Below, in pieces: positions 20,401 to 30,360 of a DNA stretch of 64,000 bases. The stretch spans positions 256,001-320,000 of the forward strand of contig CAWJCS010000004.1 in NCBI GenBank assembly GCA_963841435.1. Reading direction: 5' to 3'. This stretch comes from an uncultured delta proteobacterium (lineage in GTDB: Bacteria; Myxococcota_A; Polyangia; Polyangiales; Polyangiaceae). Position numbers and translations under genes: made by a program. Under the pieces are notes generated by a model. It did no database searches and was not told where the DNA came from. It was given only the letters and a program-made list of their open reading frames with translations. The number at the start of each line of letters is the position of its first letter. Positions within the stretch are counted from its first letter, which is position 1.

Positions 20401-23400
20401 GGGCGACGCCGAGCGGCTCGCGATCCTCGGCGAGTGGGCAACCCTCGAGGAAGAGGTGTTCGAGGATCCGGAGCGCGCCGCGGTTCTTTACCGCCGCATG
20501 CTCGAGATCGATCCGGGCGACGAGGTCGCGCTCACGACGCTTTCGCGCCTGCTCCTTTCGCTCGACGACGCCGCGGGCGCGGCCGCCGTCATGGAGCAGC
20601 GCCGCGACAGGCTGTCCGACGCGGCGCGCGCGGAGAGTCAGGTGGCGCTCGCCGAGCTCTACATCGGCCGCCTCGGGCGCCCGATCGACGCGCTCGCCTC
20701 GGCCGAAGAAGCGCTCGCGACCCCCGAGACGGCCCCGACGGCCGTCCATCTGCTCGAGCGCTTGCTCGAGACACCGTCCGCCCGTCCGCGCGCGGCCGAG
20801 GTGCTCGCCGAGCGTTATGCCGAGAGCGGCGACGCGCGCCGCGAGGCGCAAGTGCTCGGCATCCTGCTCGAATCGACGACGGACGTTCCCGCCCGCCTCG
20901 TTCTGGAGCAACGGCTCGCTACCGTCTACGAAGAGAAGCTCGGCTCCTTCAGTGACGCGCTCGACGTGATGCTGCGCGCCGTCCGGCAGTCACCCGATCG
21001 CCTCGAGCTCTGGGAGAGAGCCGAGCTGCTCGCCACCGAGGCCGGTCGCCCCACGGATCTCGGCGACGCGTTCCGCGAGGTCCTGCGCAGCAAGCTCGAG
21101 CCCGATCTCGAGGTGGAGCTCTGCGAACGCGCGTCGCGCCTCCACGAAGATCGCCTGGGCGATCCCATCGGCGCGACCCCGTACCTCGAGCGCATGCTCA
21201 CGTTGCGGCCGGGGACGGAGTCCGCTTTCCGTCGCCTCAAGGACATCCTGACGGCCGCCGAGCGCTGGGGAGAGCTCGAAGCGCTCTACGAGCGCGCCGT
21301 GGGAGCCAGCGAGGACCCCGTGCGAAAGGTCGAGATGCTCGCCGAGGTCGCCCTCGTTTGCGAGGAGATCATCGAGGATACCGCCAAGGCCATGCGCCAC
21401 TACGAGCGCATCCTCGCCATCGACCCGTATCACGAGACGGCGGTACGCGCGCTCGATCGCCTCTACACGCGCGGTGGCAAGGAACGCGAGCTCGCGGCGT
21501 TGCTCGACCGCCGCCTCGAGACCGCCGTCGGAGACGACTCGCTCGACCTCAAGCTGCGCCTCGCGCGGCTCCAGCTTGCGCTGCACGAGCCCGAAAAGGC
21601 CATGGGTCACGTCGAGGACGTGCTCAGCGAACGAGTCAACGACGCAGATGCGCGCCAGCTCGCCGAGCGCTTGCTCGAGATCGGCAGCCTCAAGGTTCGC
21701 GCGGCCCGCGTGCTCGAAGCCGTGTACGACTCGCGCGACGAGGTCCGCGATTTGGCCAGGGTGCTCGCGGCCCGGCTCGATGCCGACACCGACGCGACCC
21801 CCGACGAGACGCGTGAGCTCTTGCGTCGCATCGCCGTCCTGCGCAACGACCGCCTGCGCGACGACGAGGGGGCCTTCGAGGCCTTCGCGAGGCTCTGTCC
21901 CCTCGACCCGAGCGACACCGACTCCCGCGATCAGCTGATCGCCATCGGCGAGCGACAAGGCAGCTACGAGCGCGTCGCACGCGTGCTGCTCGACACCGCC
22001 GAGAAGTCCACCTCCGCGGAGCTCCGCGGCGAGATCCTCACGCGCGTGGCCCTGCTCTACGAGGATCGTCTCGGCCAGCCCGAACAGGCCGAGACGGTCT
22101 ACCGGCGTGTGCTCGAGCTCGACCCGAACGATCCGCGTGGTGCGCTGCCCGCGGCGCGCTCGCTCGAGCGCCTGTACGCCGCGCAGGGTGCTTCGGAGAA
22201 GCTCGCCGAGATGCTGCGCGTCCAGATCCGGCTCGAGGAAAGCGTCGCCGTGCGTCGCGACCTGCTCGGCCGGCTCGGCGAGATTTCCGAAACCGTGCTC
22301 GGCGACCGCCAGGGTGCCATCGCCGCGTGGCGCTCGCGTCTCGAAGACGGCGGCGACGACGAGCAGGCGCTCTCGGCGCTCGACCGGCTTTACGAGAGCA
22401 CCGAGCGCTACCGTGATCTCGTCAACGTGCTGCGCCGCAGGCGGGACCTCACGAGCGATCCCGACAGGCGTCGGGGGCTCCTGTCTCGCTCCGCCGAGAT
22501 CCTTTGGCGAAAGCTCGACGCGGGGCTCGAGGCGATCGACGAGTACCGGACCCTGATCGACGAGTTCGGGCCGTCGACCGCGTCGCTCGAAGCGCTCGAG
22601 GCGTTGTTCGAGGCTGCCGAGCGCTGGGACGATCTCGCGGACACCTACCAGCGGCACCTCGACATCGCCGAGAGCGACGCCGTTCGGCTCTCGCTGCTCG
22701 GCAAGCTCGGCGATCTCGAACGGCTCCGGCGGGGCGACGTGCCGGCGGCGCTCGAGGTGTACCGGCGCGCCCTCGCCGTCGACCCCCGCCACGCCGAGAG
22801 CCGCGCGGCGCTTCAGTCGCTGCTCGAAGCGCCCGACAGCGGCGTGCGGCGTGATGCCGCGCAGATGCTGCGTCCGCTCTACGAAGCGGACGGCGATCAC
22901 GAGCGCCTCGTCAACGTGCTCGACATCGAGGTCTCCGCCACGGACGATCCCGTCGAAAAGCTCGCGGGTCTGCGTTCGGCGATCGAGGTCGCGGCCGGCC
23001 CGCTCGGCGACTCGAACCGCGCCTTCGGCTACGCCGAGCGTGCCGTCCGGCACGCGGTGGGTCACGCCGAAGTCGAGGAGTGGTTCGAGCGCCTCGAGCG
23101 CCTCGCGCAGGCCACGGGGCGCCACGCCGACCACGTGACGCTGCTCTGCAACGTCGTGAGCAATCTATTCGACGGTGACGTGCAGCTTGGCGTCACCCTC
23201 AAGATCGCCGATCTCGCGCGGCGCGAGCTCAAGGACAAAAGGCTAGCGCGCGAGTACTACACCAAGGCTCTCGAGCTGCGCGCCGACCACCCGCATGCGC
23301 TCGCCGCGCTCGAGACCTTGTACGAGGAGGACGGTGACGCCCAGCGACTGCTCGACGTGCTCGAGCGTCGCGCCGAAGTCGCCGATTCGGACGACGAGCG

Positions 23401-26400
23401 CAAGCGCCTGCTTTATCGTCGGGCGACGCTGCTCGCGGGCGAGCTCGGTGACAAGGCGCGCGCCATCGAGGTCTACGAATCCATCCTCGACATGTCGCTC
23501 GAGGAGGAAGCGCTCACTGCCCTCGAAGGCCTCTACGCCGCAGTCGAGCGCTGGAGGGACCTCGTCACGCTTTACGAGCGTCAGATCGACGCCGGGCGTG
23601 GCAATGCCAGCGACCTGCGCGTCAAGATCGCCGGTGTCGCCGCGCGGCGCCAGCGCGACACGGGACGCGCCTTCGAGGAGCTCGAGCAGGCGCTTGGCAA
23701 GGACCGGCACCACGAGGGCGCGATCGCCGAGCTCGAGCGGCTACTCGGCGAGGCCACCGATCCGGAGCATCGCGGGCGCGCCGCCGAGCTGCTCGAGCCG
23801 GTCTACCTCGTGCGGGCCGACTGGAAACGCGTGCGAGCGGCACTCGAAGCGCGCCTCGACGTCGCAACCGATCCCGACGACCGCCGTGAGCTCCTCACGC
23901 GCCTCGCGCATCTCTTCGAGGAGCAGGAGGAAGACTACCGCGCGGCGCTGGAGACGACCGCGAAGCTCCTCCACGAGGATCTTGCCGACGAGAAGACGCT
24001 CGCCGAGCTCGAGCGACTGGCACGCGTCGCCGGCGCCGGGCAGCGGCTCGCCGAGCTCTTTGCCGCCGAACTCGCCCAGGTCACGGGCGACGACCCCGCG
24101 AGCGCCCGGCTCGCGCGCCGGACCGGTGAGCTTTTCGACCAGCTCGGGCAGGCGGATCAGGCGCTTTCGTTCTATCGGCGCGCGCTCGCCTTTCATGGCG
24201 ACGACAAGTCGCTTTTCTCGGCGATCGACGGCATCCTCGTGCGCGAGCGGCGTCACGAGGAGCGCGTGGCCCTGCACCGCGACGCGCTCGAGCAACGCTT
24301 CGACCCGGCCGAGCGGCTCGCGCTGCTCCACACCGTGGGCGGGCTGCTCGAGAAGGAGCTCGCGCGGCCGGACGAAGCCATCGACACCTACCGCTCGGCT
24401 CTCGAGGTCGACGAACGTGACGAGCGCTCGCTCGACGCGCTCACGGCGCTCTACCGGGCGCGCTCGCGCTGGGACGACCTCGCCGAGCTCTACCTGACTC
24501 GCGCCGAGCAGGCGGAGAGCACGGCGCGCGGCGTCGAGTTCCGTCTCGCGCTCTCCAGGCTGCACCTCGAGCAAGGGCAGACCGAGCGCGCCGTCGATCA
24601 GCTCGAGGAGGTCGTGCGCGCCGATGGGCGCAACGCCGAGGCCATCGCAGAGCTCGACAAGCTGCGCGAGGACGAGCAGCAGAAGGAGCGTGTCGTCGAG
24701 ATCCTGCGCCCGCTCTACGAAGCGGCCGACGACTGGCGACGGCTCGTGCAGCTCAACGAGGATCGCTTCGCACTCGCCGTGGACGACGAGAAGGTGATGG
24801 TGCTGCGCGAGACGGCCGAGCTCTGGGAGACGCGCGGCAACGACAACAAGCGCGCCCGGAAAGCGTACGGTGCCGCGCTGCGCCTCGAGCCCGAGGACGG
24901 TGGCGTGCGCGGGCACTACGAGCGCCTCGCTGCCGACACCAAGGCTTGGGACGAGCTCGCGCAGACCTACGAGGAGATCCTCGCCGAGCATGCGGACCTC
25001 GCGAGCGTTCGCGAGTACCTTGCGGTGCTCGCGCGCGTTCACGATCAGGAGCGCGACGATCCTCGCCGGGCGCTCGCCGCCTACGATCGGCTCTACACGA
25101 CTGACGAATCCGACCCGGTGCCGCTCGACGCCATGGAGCGCCTCGCGATCCTGCTCAGTGATTGGCCGACGCTCGTCAACGTGCTCACGGCCAAGACCGA
25201 GATCGTGCTCGACGACGAGGAGCGCGCGAGCCTATTTCGACGGATCGGCGAGGCGAAGCGCGACCTGCTCGAGGATCGCCCCGGAGCCATCGAGGCGTAC
25301 ACGCGCGCGAGCGAGCTCGACCCGACGAGCGCGTTCACCGTCGATTGCCTGATCGAGCTCTACGAGGCGGCGGACAACGCCGAGCGCCTGGTCGAGCTGT
25401 ACGAGCGTCGCGTCGAGCTCGTGGGCTCCGACGATCCGGAGCTGTCGTACGAGCTTTTGATCCTCGCGGCGAAGTGCCACGAACAAAGGCTCTCCGATCC
25501 GGGTCGCGCCATCGATTGCCTGGTGCGCGCGCTCGGCTCCAAACCGGGCGACGCTGGGGCGCTTGCCGCGCTCGACCGTCTGTATCGCGCCGAGGAAAAG
25601 TGGCCTGATCTCTTGGACAACCTGCGCGTGCAGGTCAACATCGCCCCCGGTCCGGCCGAGCGCGCCAGCCTCTACAAGGCGATCGGGCAGGTGCTCGCCG
25701 AGAAGCTCTCGAGCTACGAGGATTCGCTCGAAGCGTTCCGTCAGGCCCTGCTGCAGGCGCCTGACGATCGAGAGGCCGTCCTCCGTGTCCAGAAGCTCGC
25801 CGAGGAGCACGAATCGCTGCGTCGAGCCGCCTCGGAGATCCTCGTCCCCGTTCTGAAGAGCACCGAAAAGTGGGAGGAGCTCGTCGCGCTGTACGAGCTC
25901 CGTCTCTCGGTCGAAACGGAAGCGGCGGAGCGCACGCACACGCTGTGGGCGATCGCCGAGGTCCTCGAGAGCAAGCTGGGGCGCGTCGCCGATGCGCTCT
26001 CGGCGCTGCTCAGGGCGCTCGGGGAGCGGCCCGAGGCGGAGGATTTGCACGCCGAGATTGCCCGGCTCGCCGCGCTGTCGTCGGGCTGGGATCGCTACGC
26101 CTCGGCGCTCGCCGAGCGCGCGTCGAGCACTTTCGAGGCGGAGCTCGCGCGCGACCTCTACGTTCGGCTCGGCAAGGTCGCCGAGGTCGAGCTCGGTGAC
26201 CCCAAGCGCGCCGTCGAATCGTTCGAGCGCGCCGTCGAGCAGGTCGGCGACACGGCCGACCTCCTGGTCGCCCTCGACCGCCTGTACTCGGGCCTCGGCG
26301 ACCTCGACAAGGTCGCCGACATTCTCGAGCGGCGCGCCGTGCTCGAGTTCGACCCCGTGACGCAGGCCGAGATTCATCACCGGCTCGCGACGATTCAGGC

Positions 26401-28738
26401 CACTCATTTCCGGGATCCGGCGCGGGCTCTGGGTTCGCTGCGCTCGGCCCTCGAGCGCGTCCCCGGCCACCCGGCGGCCGTCGAGGCCCTCGAGAAACTC
26501 GCCGATCATCGCGACCTCTTCGACGAGGCCGCCGACGTGCTCGAGGGCGTGTACCGCGCCGCGGGCAACACGGCGAGCCTGGCGCGCCTCTACGAGAAGC
26601 ACGTCGAGTTCGCCGACAGCGTGGAGGCTCGCGCCGACATGCGCCGCCGGCTCGCTGACGTCCTCGAGCACGAAGGGAAGGATCCGGCGGGCGGCCTCAA
26701 GGTGCTCGAAGAGGGGATCGTCGAGGCACCGGCTGACAGCGCGCTACTCGAAGAGATCGAGCGTCTGGCGCGCGTCACGGGTGGCTGGGCGGGCGCGGCC
26801 GCGGCTCTGAGCGAGGCCATCGACCGCCACAAGGACGGCATTTTGCCCGATCTGGCGTGCATGCTCTCGCTGCGCCGCGCCGGCTGGCTCAAAGATCACG
26901 CGGGCGACAGCGCCGGCGCCGAGGCGGCGCTGCTCCGGGGGCTCGAGTTCGACCCCGTCAACGACGAGCTCCTGCAGGCGCTCGAGGACCTGCAGCGCGC
27001 CTCGGGCCGCTCGCGTGAGCTCGCCGAAACGCTCCGGCGCCGCGCGAAGCTCCAGTCGGACGAGCTTAGCCGCGCCGAGCTCTACCAGCAGGCGAAGACG
27101 CTCGCCGACGAGCTCGGCGACGCGGAGCTCGCGGAGTCGCTCTTGCGCGAGCTCATCTCGCAGGACGACACCAATCGCTGGGCGCTCGCCGAGCTCGCCA
27201 CGCTACGGGAACGCGCGGGCGACTTCGCGCAGGCTTTCGAGCTGATCGTGCGTCGTTCGGAGGTCGAGAGCGACGGCGTGACGGTGCGCGAGCTCCGACA
27301 GCGCGCAGCGGAGCTCGCGCGGGACCAGCTCGGCGACACCACCCGGGCCATCGAGCTCTACGAGGAGCTCTTCGAGGACGACCCGACCAACATCGATGCC
27401 GCGGCGGCTCTCCGAGCTCTGTTTTCGAAAGCGGGCCTCTACCGCGAGCTCGGGCGGCTGCTCGAGCGGCTCGTTGACGTCGCCGAGTCGCCCGGCCGTC
27501 GTAGCGAGCTGCGCCTCGAGCTCGCGCGTCTCAACGCCGAGCGCTTCAGCGCGCAGGATGCCGCCATCGACCTCTGCCGCGCTGTGCTCGACGAGGAGCC
27601 GGCGCGCGCCGAGGCCGTCGTGCTTCTGAGCCAGCTGTACGAGCAGACTCAGCGTGACGAAGAGCTGGCCGAGCTGTTGTCGTCGCAGATCGACGCTGCG
27701 AGGGCGCGCGGTGACGCCAACGCGGAGCTCTCGTTCCAGGTGCGTCTCGGCGAGGTCTACGAGTCGCGGCTCGGAGACCGCGCGCGCGCCATCGAGACCT
27801 ACCAGAGCGTGCTCGCACGCGAGCCCGGGCATCGCGGTGCGCTCGAATGCGTCGCGCGCCTCGCCAAGAGCGAGGGTCGGCTCGACGAGGCCGCCGACGC
27901 GCTCGACCGTCTGCTCTCCGCGAGCACGGGTGAGCAGGCCGTGCGGCTCGCCCTGTCGCTCGCCGACGTGCGCGAAGAGCTCGGGGACACCGAGGCGGCG
28001 GCGGCCGCGCTCGAGCGCGGGCTCGCTGCCGACGAGCGCAATCCGGGACTCCGGGAGCGGTTGAGGAAGCTCTACGAGTCGCGAGGCGCCTGGGATCGCC
28101 TGGCCGCGATGCTCTCGCGCGACGCCGAGCTCGAAGAAGCGGTCAACGCCAAGGTGAAGCTCTTGCGGCAGGCCGCTCGCATCCACGCCGAGCACCGTTC
28201 CGACCACCCCGCGGCGGCAGAGCTTCTCGATCGCGCCGCGCAGATCAAGCCCGACGATCGCGAGATCTTGCTCGAGCTCTGCGACGAGTACAACGCATCG
28301 GGTCGCGGTAAGGCTGCGGCACAGGTGCTCGAACGCATCGTCCAGAGTTTCGGCAACAAGCGCACCAAGGAGCTCGGCGAAATCCACCGGCGCCTCGCGA
28401 GCGCGTATCTCTCCGACGGCGACGGGCCGCGCGCCCTCGAAGAGCTCGACCGGGCGTTTCGCATCGAGCCGGGCAACATCGCGGTCCTCGCCGCGCTCGG
28501 CAACGTCGCCATTCAAGTCGGCGACTTCAAGAAGGCACAGCAAATGTATCGCGCCCTCTTGCTGCAGAAGCTCGACGAGAGTGGACCCATCAAGAAGGCG
28601 CTCGTTTTCGTGCGCCTCGGTGACATCCACGACAAGCTCGGGGAGCGGCCGAAGGCGATTCAGATGTACGAGCGCGCCCTGCAGACCGACGCGGCCCTCG
28701 ACGAGGCCAAGACCAAGCTCGCCGCGCTCAAGGGCTAG
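17414..28738 (+). CDS. Giant (~3770 aa) TPR-repeat protein, resembling myxobacterial AgmK/GltI-type gliding scaffold proteins
   Basis: Uninterrupted 11.3-kb ORF of repeated TPR-like units (A..Y..VL..DP....AL..L..LY....W..L...L). No signal peptide or TM seen. The AgmK/GltI likeness rests on size and repeat type only. Confidence 0.85.
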   Translation: MDSQTIRTALGRLQSEPDSDDAWAALSDSVRDAGGDLSLDELLRLFERARQRHAARGEWDAVARLLEVAVRVAENQPGETELLREHARVLKNELFDDEGALVPGLRLLELDQGDVEASQAIEELESKRGRSAELAQRYVDEAQGATDDTYKSSMLMHAAEMDVRFGGDGVDLAKAIERLEQAVRLDPSNAKAGRLLELVHRRAGHWAEVARVLERLADRADEVADRVAAGTRLARVQAQHLGDDERAARAYEGVMREAPGHPEAMEFLIGFYSGKERWSDLVGLYERELAAKKAGEAELIGDMLQIAMLYWKKLEHARAAEPWFSRIAKIQPANEALLSFYREYCESLGDDGRLMEVLQTAQRSLKDGAKEKAAIAVELARLAEGQENAQKAIEQYKAVLRSDPDNVEARDKLKGFYKQTQSHNALVELLRQQLERLPQEAYEERLAVLREVASIYREYIRSDTALLSVLNQIVQLDEKLDEHDVEEMREIVQLYDKLGRARDMITYQLKLAEITPDLDEKKRLYRAAGRRWLEQFSNAQNAADAFASLLKLEPSDREARERLDELYRKRRAWPQLFELFEVELADTVGPARGALMLEMAGLASERLNRGDVAVKLYRDVLDGDPSRLDVLDALERHAERAKDWASLADALERRTGALKDDAQRLVVLQKLGTVYAEHLNDPQAATRAWRRVLELSPGHQRALRVLRDASLQAGDYDGLAELYASQNDWEGLAEVLSNAADRAKEPALRVDLSYRAAAVLEDKLGHRERAFRSYERVLTADPSDTRAARALIPLYEKDEKWVRLPALYELLLEHADGIEDKLGYLGRLVEIAGKHLSDRRAAAAYARRAYELAPDSPVALDILEDSSRAAGSWDSFVEAVEGRLRTLSSDASPTAAAAEAAPAGKKKKKRRGGEEGTAEPRPALSGDLRRLLELKLARVLADELARHDDAIAVYRGLLERDPRDAEASGALDRLFRLLDRRDDLRTLFDLRVGTVEGDAERLAILGEWATLEEEVFEDPERAAVLYRRMLEIDPGDEVALTTLSRLLLSLDDAAGAAAVMEQRRDRLSDAARAESQVALAELYIGRLGRPIDALASAEEALATPETAPTAVHLLERLLETPSARPRAAEVLAERYAESGDARREAQVLGILLESTTDVPARLVLEQRLATVYEEKLGSFSDALDVMLRAVRQSPDRLELWERAELLATEAGRPTDLGDAFREVLRSKLEPDLEVELCERASRLHEDRLGDPIGATPYLERMLTLRPGTESAFRRLKDILTAAERWGELEALYERAVGASEDPVRKVEMLAEVALVCEEIIEDTAKAMRHYERILAIDPYHETAVRALDRLYTRGGKERELAALLDRRLETAVGDDSLDLKLRLARLQLALHEPEKAMGHVEDVLSERVNDADARQLAERLLEIGSLKVRAARVLEAVYDSRDEVRDLARVLAARLDADTDATPDETRELLRRIAVLRNDRLRDDEGAFEAFARLCPLDPSDTDSRDQLIAIGERQGSYERVARVLLDTAEKSTSAELRGEILTRVALLYEDRLGQPEQAETVYRRVLELDPNDPRGALPAARSLERLYAAQGASEKLAEMLRVQIRLEESVAVRRDLLGRLGEISETVLGDRQGAIAAWRSRLEDGGDDEQALSALDRLYESTERYRDLVNVLRRRRDLTSDPDRRRGLLSRSAEILWRKLDAGLEAIDEYRTLIDEFGPSTASLEALEALFEAAERWDDLADTYQRHLDIAESDAVRLSLLGKLGDLERLRRGDVPAALEVYRRALAVDPRHAESRAALQSLLEAPDSGVRRDAAQMLRPLYEADGDHERLVNVLDIEVSATDDPVEKLAGLRSAIEVAAGPLGDSNRAFGYAERAVRHAVGHAEVEEWFERLERLAQATGRHADHVTLLCNVVSNLFDGDVQLGVTLKIADLARRELKDKRLAREYYTKALELRADHPHALAALETLYEEDGDAQRLLDVLERRAEVADSDDERKRLLYRRATLLAGELGDKARAIEVYESILDMSLEEEALTALEGLYAAVERWRDLVTLYERQIDAGRGNASDLRVKIAGVAARRQRDTGRAFEELEQALGKDRHHEGAIAELERLLGEATDPEHRGRAAELLEPVYLVRADWKRVRAALEARLDVATDPDDRRELLTRLAHLFEEQEEDYRAALETTAKLLHEDLADEKTLAELERLARVAGAGQRLAELFAAELAQVTGDDPASARLARRTGELFDQLGQADQALSFYRRALAFHGDDKSLFSAIDGILVRERRHEERVALHRDALEQRFDPAERLALLHTVGGLLEKELARPDEAIDTYRSALEVDERDERSLDALTALYRARSRWDDLAELYLTRAEQAESTARGVEFRLALSRLHLEQGQTERAVDQLEEVVRADGRNAEAIAELDKLREDEQQKERVVEILRPLYEAADDWRRLVQLNEDRFALAVDDEKVMVLRETAELWETRGNDNKRARKAYGAALRLEPEDGGVRGHYERLAADTKAWDELAQTYEEILAEHADLASVREYLAVLARVHDQERDDPRRALAAYDRLYTTDESDPVPLDAMERLAILLSDWPTLVNVLTAKTEIVLDDEERASLFRRIGEAKRDLLEDRPGAIEAYTRASELDPTSAFTVDCLIELYEAADNAERLVELYERRVELVGSDDPELSYELLILAAKCHEQRLSDPGRAIDCLVRALGSKPGDAGALAALDRLYRAEEKWPDLLDNLRVQVNIAPGPAERASLYKAIGQVLAEKLSSYEDSLEAFRQALLQAPDDREAVLRVQKLAEEHESLRRAASEILVPVLKSTEKWEELVALYELRLSVETEAAERTHTLWAIAEVLESKLGRVADALSALLRALGERPEAEDLHAEIARLAALSSGWDRYASALAERASSTFEAELARDLYVRLGKVAEVELGDPKRAVESFERAVEQVGDTADLLVALDRLYSGLGDLDKVADILERRAVLEFDPVTQAEIHHRLATIQATHFRDPARALGSLRSALERVPGHPAAVEALEKLADHRDLFDEAADVLEGVYRAAGNTASLARLYEKHVEFADSVEARADMRRRLADVLEHEGKDPAGGLKVLEEGIVEAPADSALLEEIERLARVTGGWAGAAAALSEAIDRHKDGILPDLACMLSLRRAGWLKDHAGDSAGAEAALLRGLEFDPVNDELLQALEDLQRASGRSRELAETLRRRAKLQSDELSRAELYQQAKTLADELGDAELAESLLRELISQDDTNRWALAELATLRERAGDFAQAFELIVRRSEVESDGVTVRELRQRAAELARDQLGDTTRAIELYEELFEDDPTNIDAAAALRALFSKAGLYRELGRLLERLVDVAESPGRRSELRLELARLNAERFSAQDAAIDLCRAVLDEEPARAEAVVLLSQLYEQTQRDEELAELLSSQIDAARARGDANAELSFQVRLGEVYESRLGDRARAIETYQSVLAREPGHRGALECVARLAKSEGRLDEAADALDRLLSASTGEQAVRLALSLADVREELGDTEAAAAALERGLAADERNPGLRERLRKLYESRGAWDRLAAMLSRDAELEEAVNAKVKLLRQAARIHAEHRSDHPAAAELLDRAAQIKPDDREILLELCDEYNASGRGKAAAQVLERIVQSFGNKRTKELGEIHRRLASAYLSDGDGPRALEELDRAFRIEPGNIAVLAALGNVAIQVGDFKKAQQMYRALLLQKLDESGPIKKALVFVRLGDIHDKLGERPKAIQMYERALQTDAALDEAKTKLAALKG

Positions 28739-28753
28739 CGGCGGGCGCGTCGT

Positions 28754-29605
28754 ATGCGCTCGACGCTGCCCTACGACCCGCGTCAGAGCTACGCGCCCAA
28801 ACGCACGCCGCTCGGTCGCCTCGGAGGGTACGTCGTCGATCGCTTCGATCGCACCATGGCGCTCGTCGCGACACTCGGCGCGGCGGCCCTGGCGCTCCGC
28901 ACGCCGGGCGTCGCCTCCGCACGCGTGGTGCGGCGCGTGCTCATCGCGCAGCTTTTCTACACGGGCTTCCAGGCCGTGACCCTCGTGAGCACCGTGGGTC
29001 TCCTGCTCGGGGCAACGATCGTCATCCAGACCGAGCTCATGGTGCCCTCGGCTGATCCGGCGCTCATCGGTAAGGTGCTCGTGGCCGTCGTGCTCCGGGA
29101 GCTCGCGCCGCTCATCACCGCCATCGTCGTGGCCGGCCGCTCGGGGACGGCGATCGCGACCGAGCTCGGCAACATGCAGGTCAATTCGGAGATCCTGGCG
29201 CTGCGCTCGCTCGGCATCGATCCCCCGCGTTTCATCGTCATGCCTCGGCTGGTCGCGACCGCTTTCAGCGTGCTCATCCTCATGGTGTATTTCGCGGCCG
29301 TCGCTTTTTCGGGGACGGTCGCCGTGCGGGCCCTGTTCACGACGACGAGCCTCGAGGCGCTTCACGCGGGCATTGCCGCGGCCATCACTCCGTACGATTT
29401 CGGGCTGTTCTTCGCGAAGGGCGTGGGCCTCGGCAGCATCGTCGGCCTCTTGTCTTGCCACTACGGGCTCGAGGTCAAGGTTTCGCCGACGGAAGTGCCC
29501 CAAATGGCGAGCCGCGCCGTGGTCATGAGCTTGCTTTTTGCCGTCGCCTTCAACACGCTGCTCACGGCCATCTTCTACCTGACGGTGGGTCCTTCGCTGC
29601 GCTAG
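28754..29605 (+). CDS. MlaE-family ABC transporter permease
   Basis: LRELAPLITAIVVAGRSGTAIATELGNMQVNSEILALRSLGIDP...MPR. Confidence 0.92.
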   Translation: MRSTLPYDPRQSYAPKRTPLGRLGGYVVDRFDRTMALVATLGAAALALRTPGVASARVVRRVLIAQLFYTGFQAVTLVSTVGLLLGATIVIQTELMVPSADPALIGKVLVAVVLRELAPLITAIVVAGRSGTAIATELGNMQVNSEILALRSLGIDPPRFIVMPRLVATAFSVLILMVYFAAVAFSGTVAVRALFTTTSLEALHAGIAAAITPYDFGLFFAKGVGLGSIVGLLSCHYGLEVKVSPTEVPQMASRAVVMSLLFAVAFNTLLTAIFYLTVGPSLR

Positions 29606-29667
29606 CTCGGGGTGTCCAAGCTCAGATCCGGAAACGCACGGACGGGCGGTCGTACTAGGCTGGCTCG

Positions 29668-30360
29668 GTGCAGGCCGGTCTGGTGCTCGAGAAGGCATCG
29701 TTTCGCTACGGTACGCTCTGGGTGCTGCTCGAGACGACGCTCGCCGTCGCACCGGGCGAAACGCTCATCGTCACGGGCGAAAACGGCGTGGGAAAGTCAA
29801 CGTTGCTCTACCTGCTCGGCGGACTGCTGACGGCGACAACGGGTCGGGTGTTGTTCGAAGGCCACGAACCGAGTCTCTCCCGCCCGAGCGACCTCGTCCG
29901 GCACGGCGTGCGCCGGGGCTTCGTCTTCCAGCGCCAGGCGTTGTTCGCGAACCTTTCCGCGCTAGACAACGTCCTGCTCGCTCTACGCTATCATGCGGAC
30001 GTGCTCGGTCTGGACGACGCGGCCGTGCTGCGCCGCGGGCGCGAAACGCTGCGCGATCTTCGCGTGGCGCAGGCCGATTTGCACGCGCTTCCCGCGCACC
30101 TTTCCCTCGGCGTGCGCCAGAAGGTGAGTCTCGCGCGCGCGCTCGCGATCGACCCGAACTTCGTGTTCCTCGACGACCCCGATCAGGGCCTCGACGAAGG
30201 CACGCGTGAGTTCGTGCTCGACTACTTGACCACGCTCTGCGCCGACAAGCGGCGCACGATCGTGCTGACCACCACCGACCCCGAAGTGGTTCGACGTCTG
30301 AACGTGCGCGTGCTTCGCCTCGACCAGGGGAGACTCGGACCGGAGGAGCGACGCGCATGA
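29668..30360 (+). CDS. MlaF-like ABC ATP-binding protein with degenerate catalytic motifs
   Basis: Walker A GENGVGKST, Q-loop FVFQ, signature LSLGVRQK, Walker B VFLDDP, switch region LTTTD. Confidence 0.85.
   Translation: MQAGLVLEKASFRYGTLWVLLETTLAVAPGETLIVTGENGVGKSTLLYLLGGLLTATTGRVLFEGHEPSLSRPSDLVRHGVRRGFVFQRQALFANLSALDNVLLALRYHADVLGLDDAAVLRRGRETLRDLRVAQADLHALPAHLSLGVRQKVSLARALAIDPNFVFLDDPDQGLDEGTREFVLDYLTTLCADKRRTIVLTTTDPEVVRRLNVRVLRLDQGRLGPEERRA

Noticed and set aside
17414..28738. Recurring DNA words (GAGCTCGCC, CTCGAG, CTCTACGAG) resembling a repeat array or CRISPR
   Set aside because: Explained by codon bias in TPR repeats; no fixed repeat-spacer periodicity
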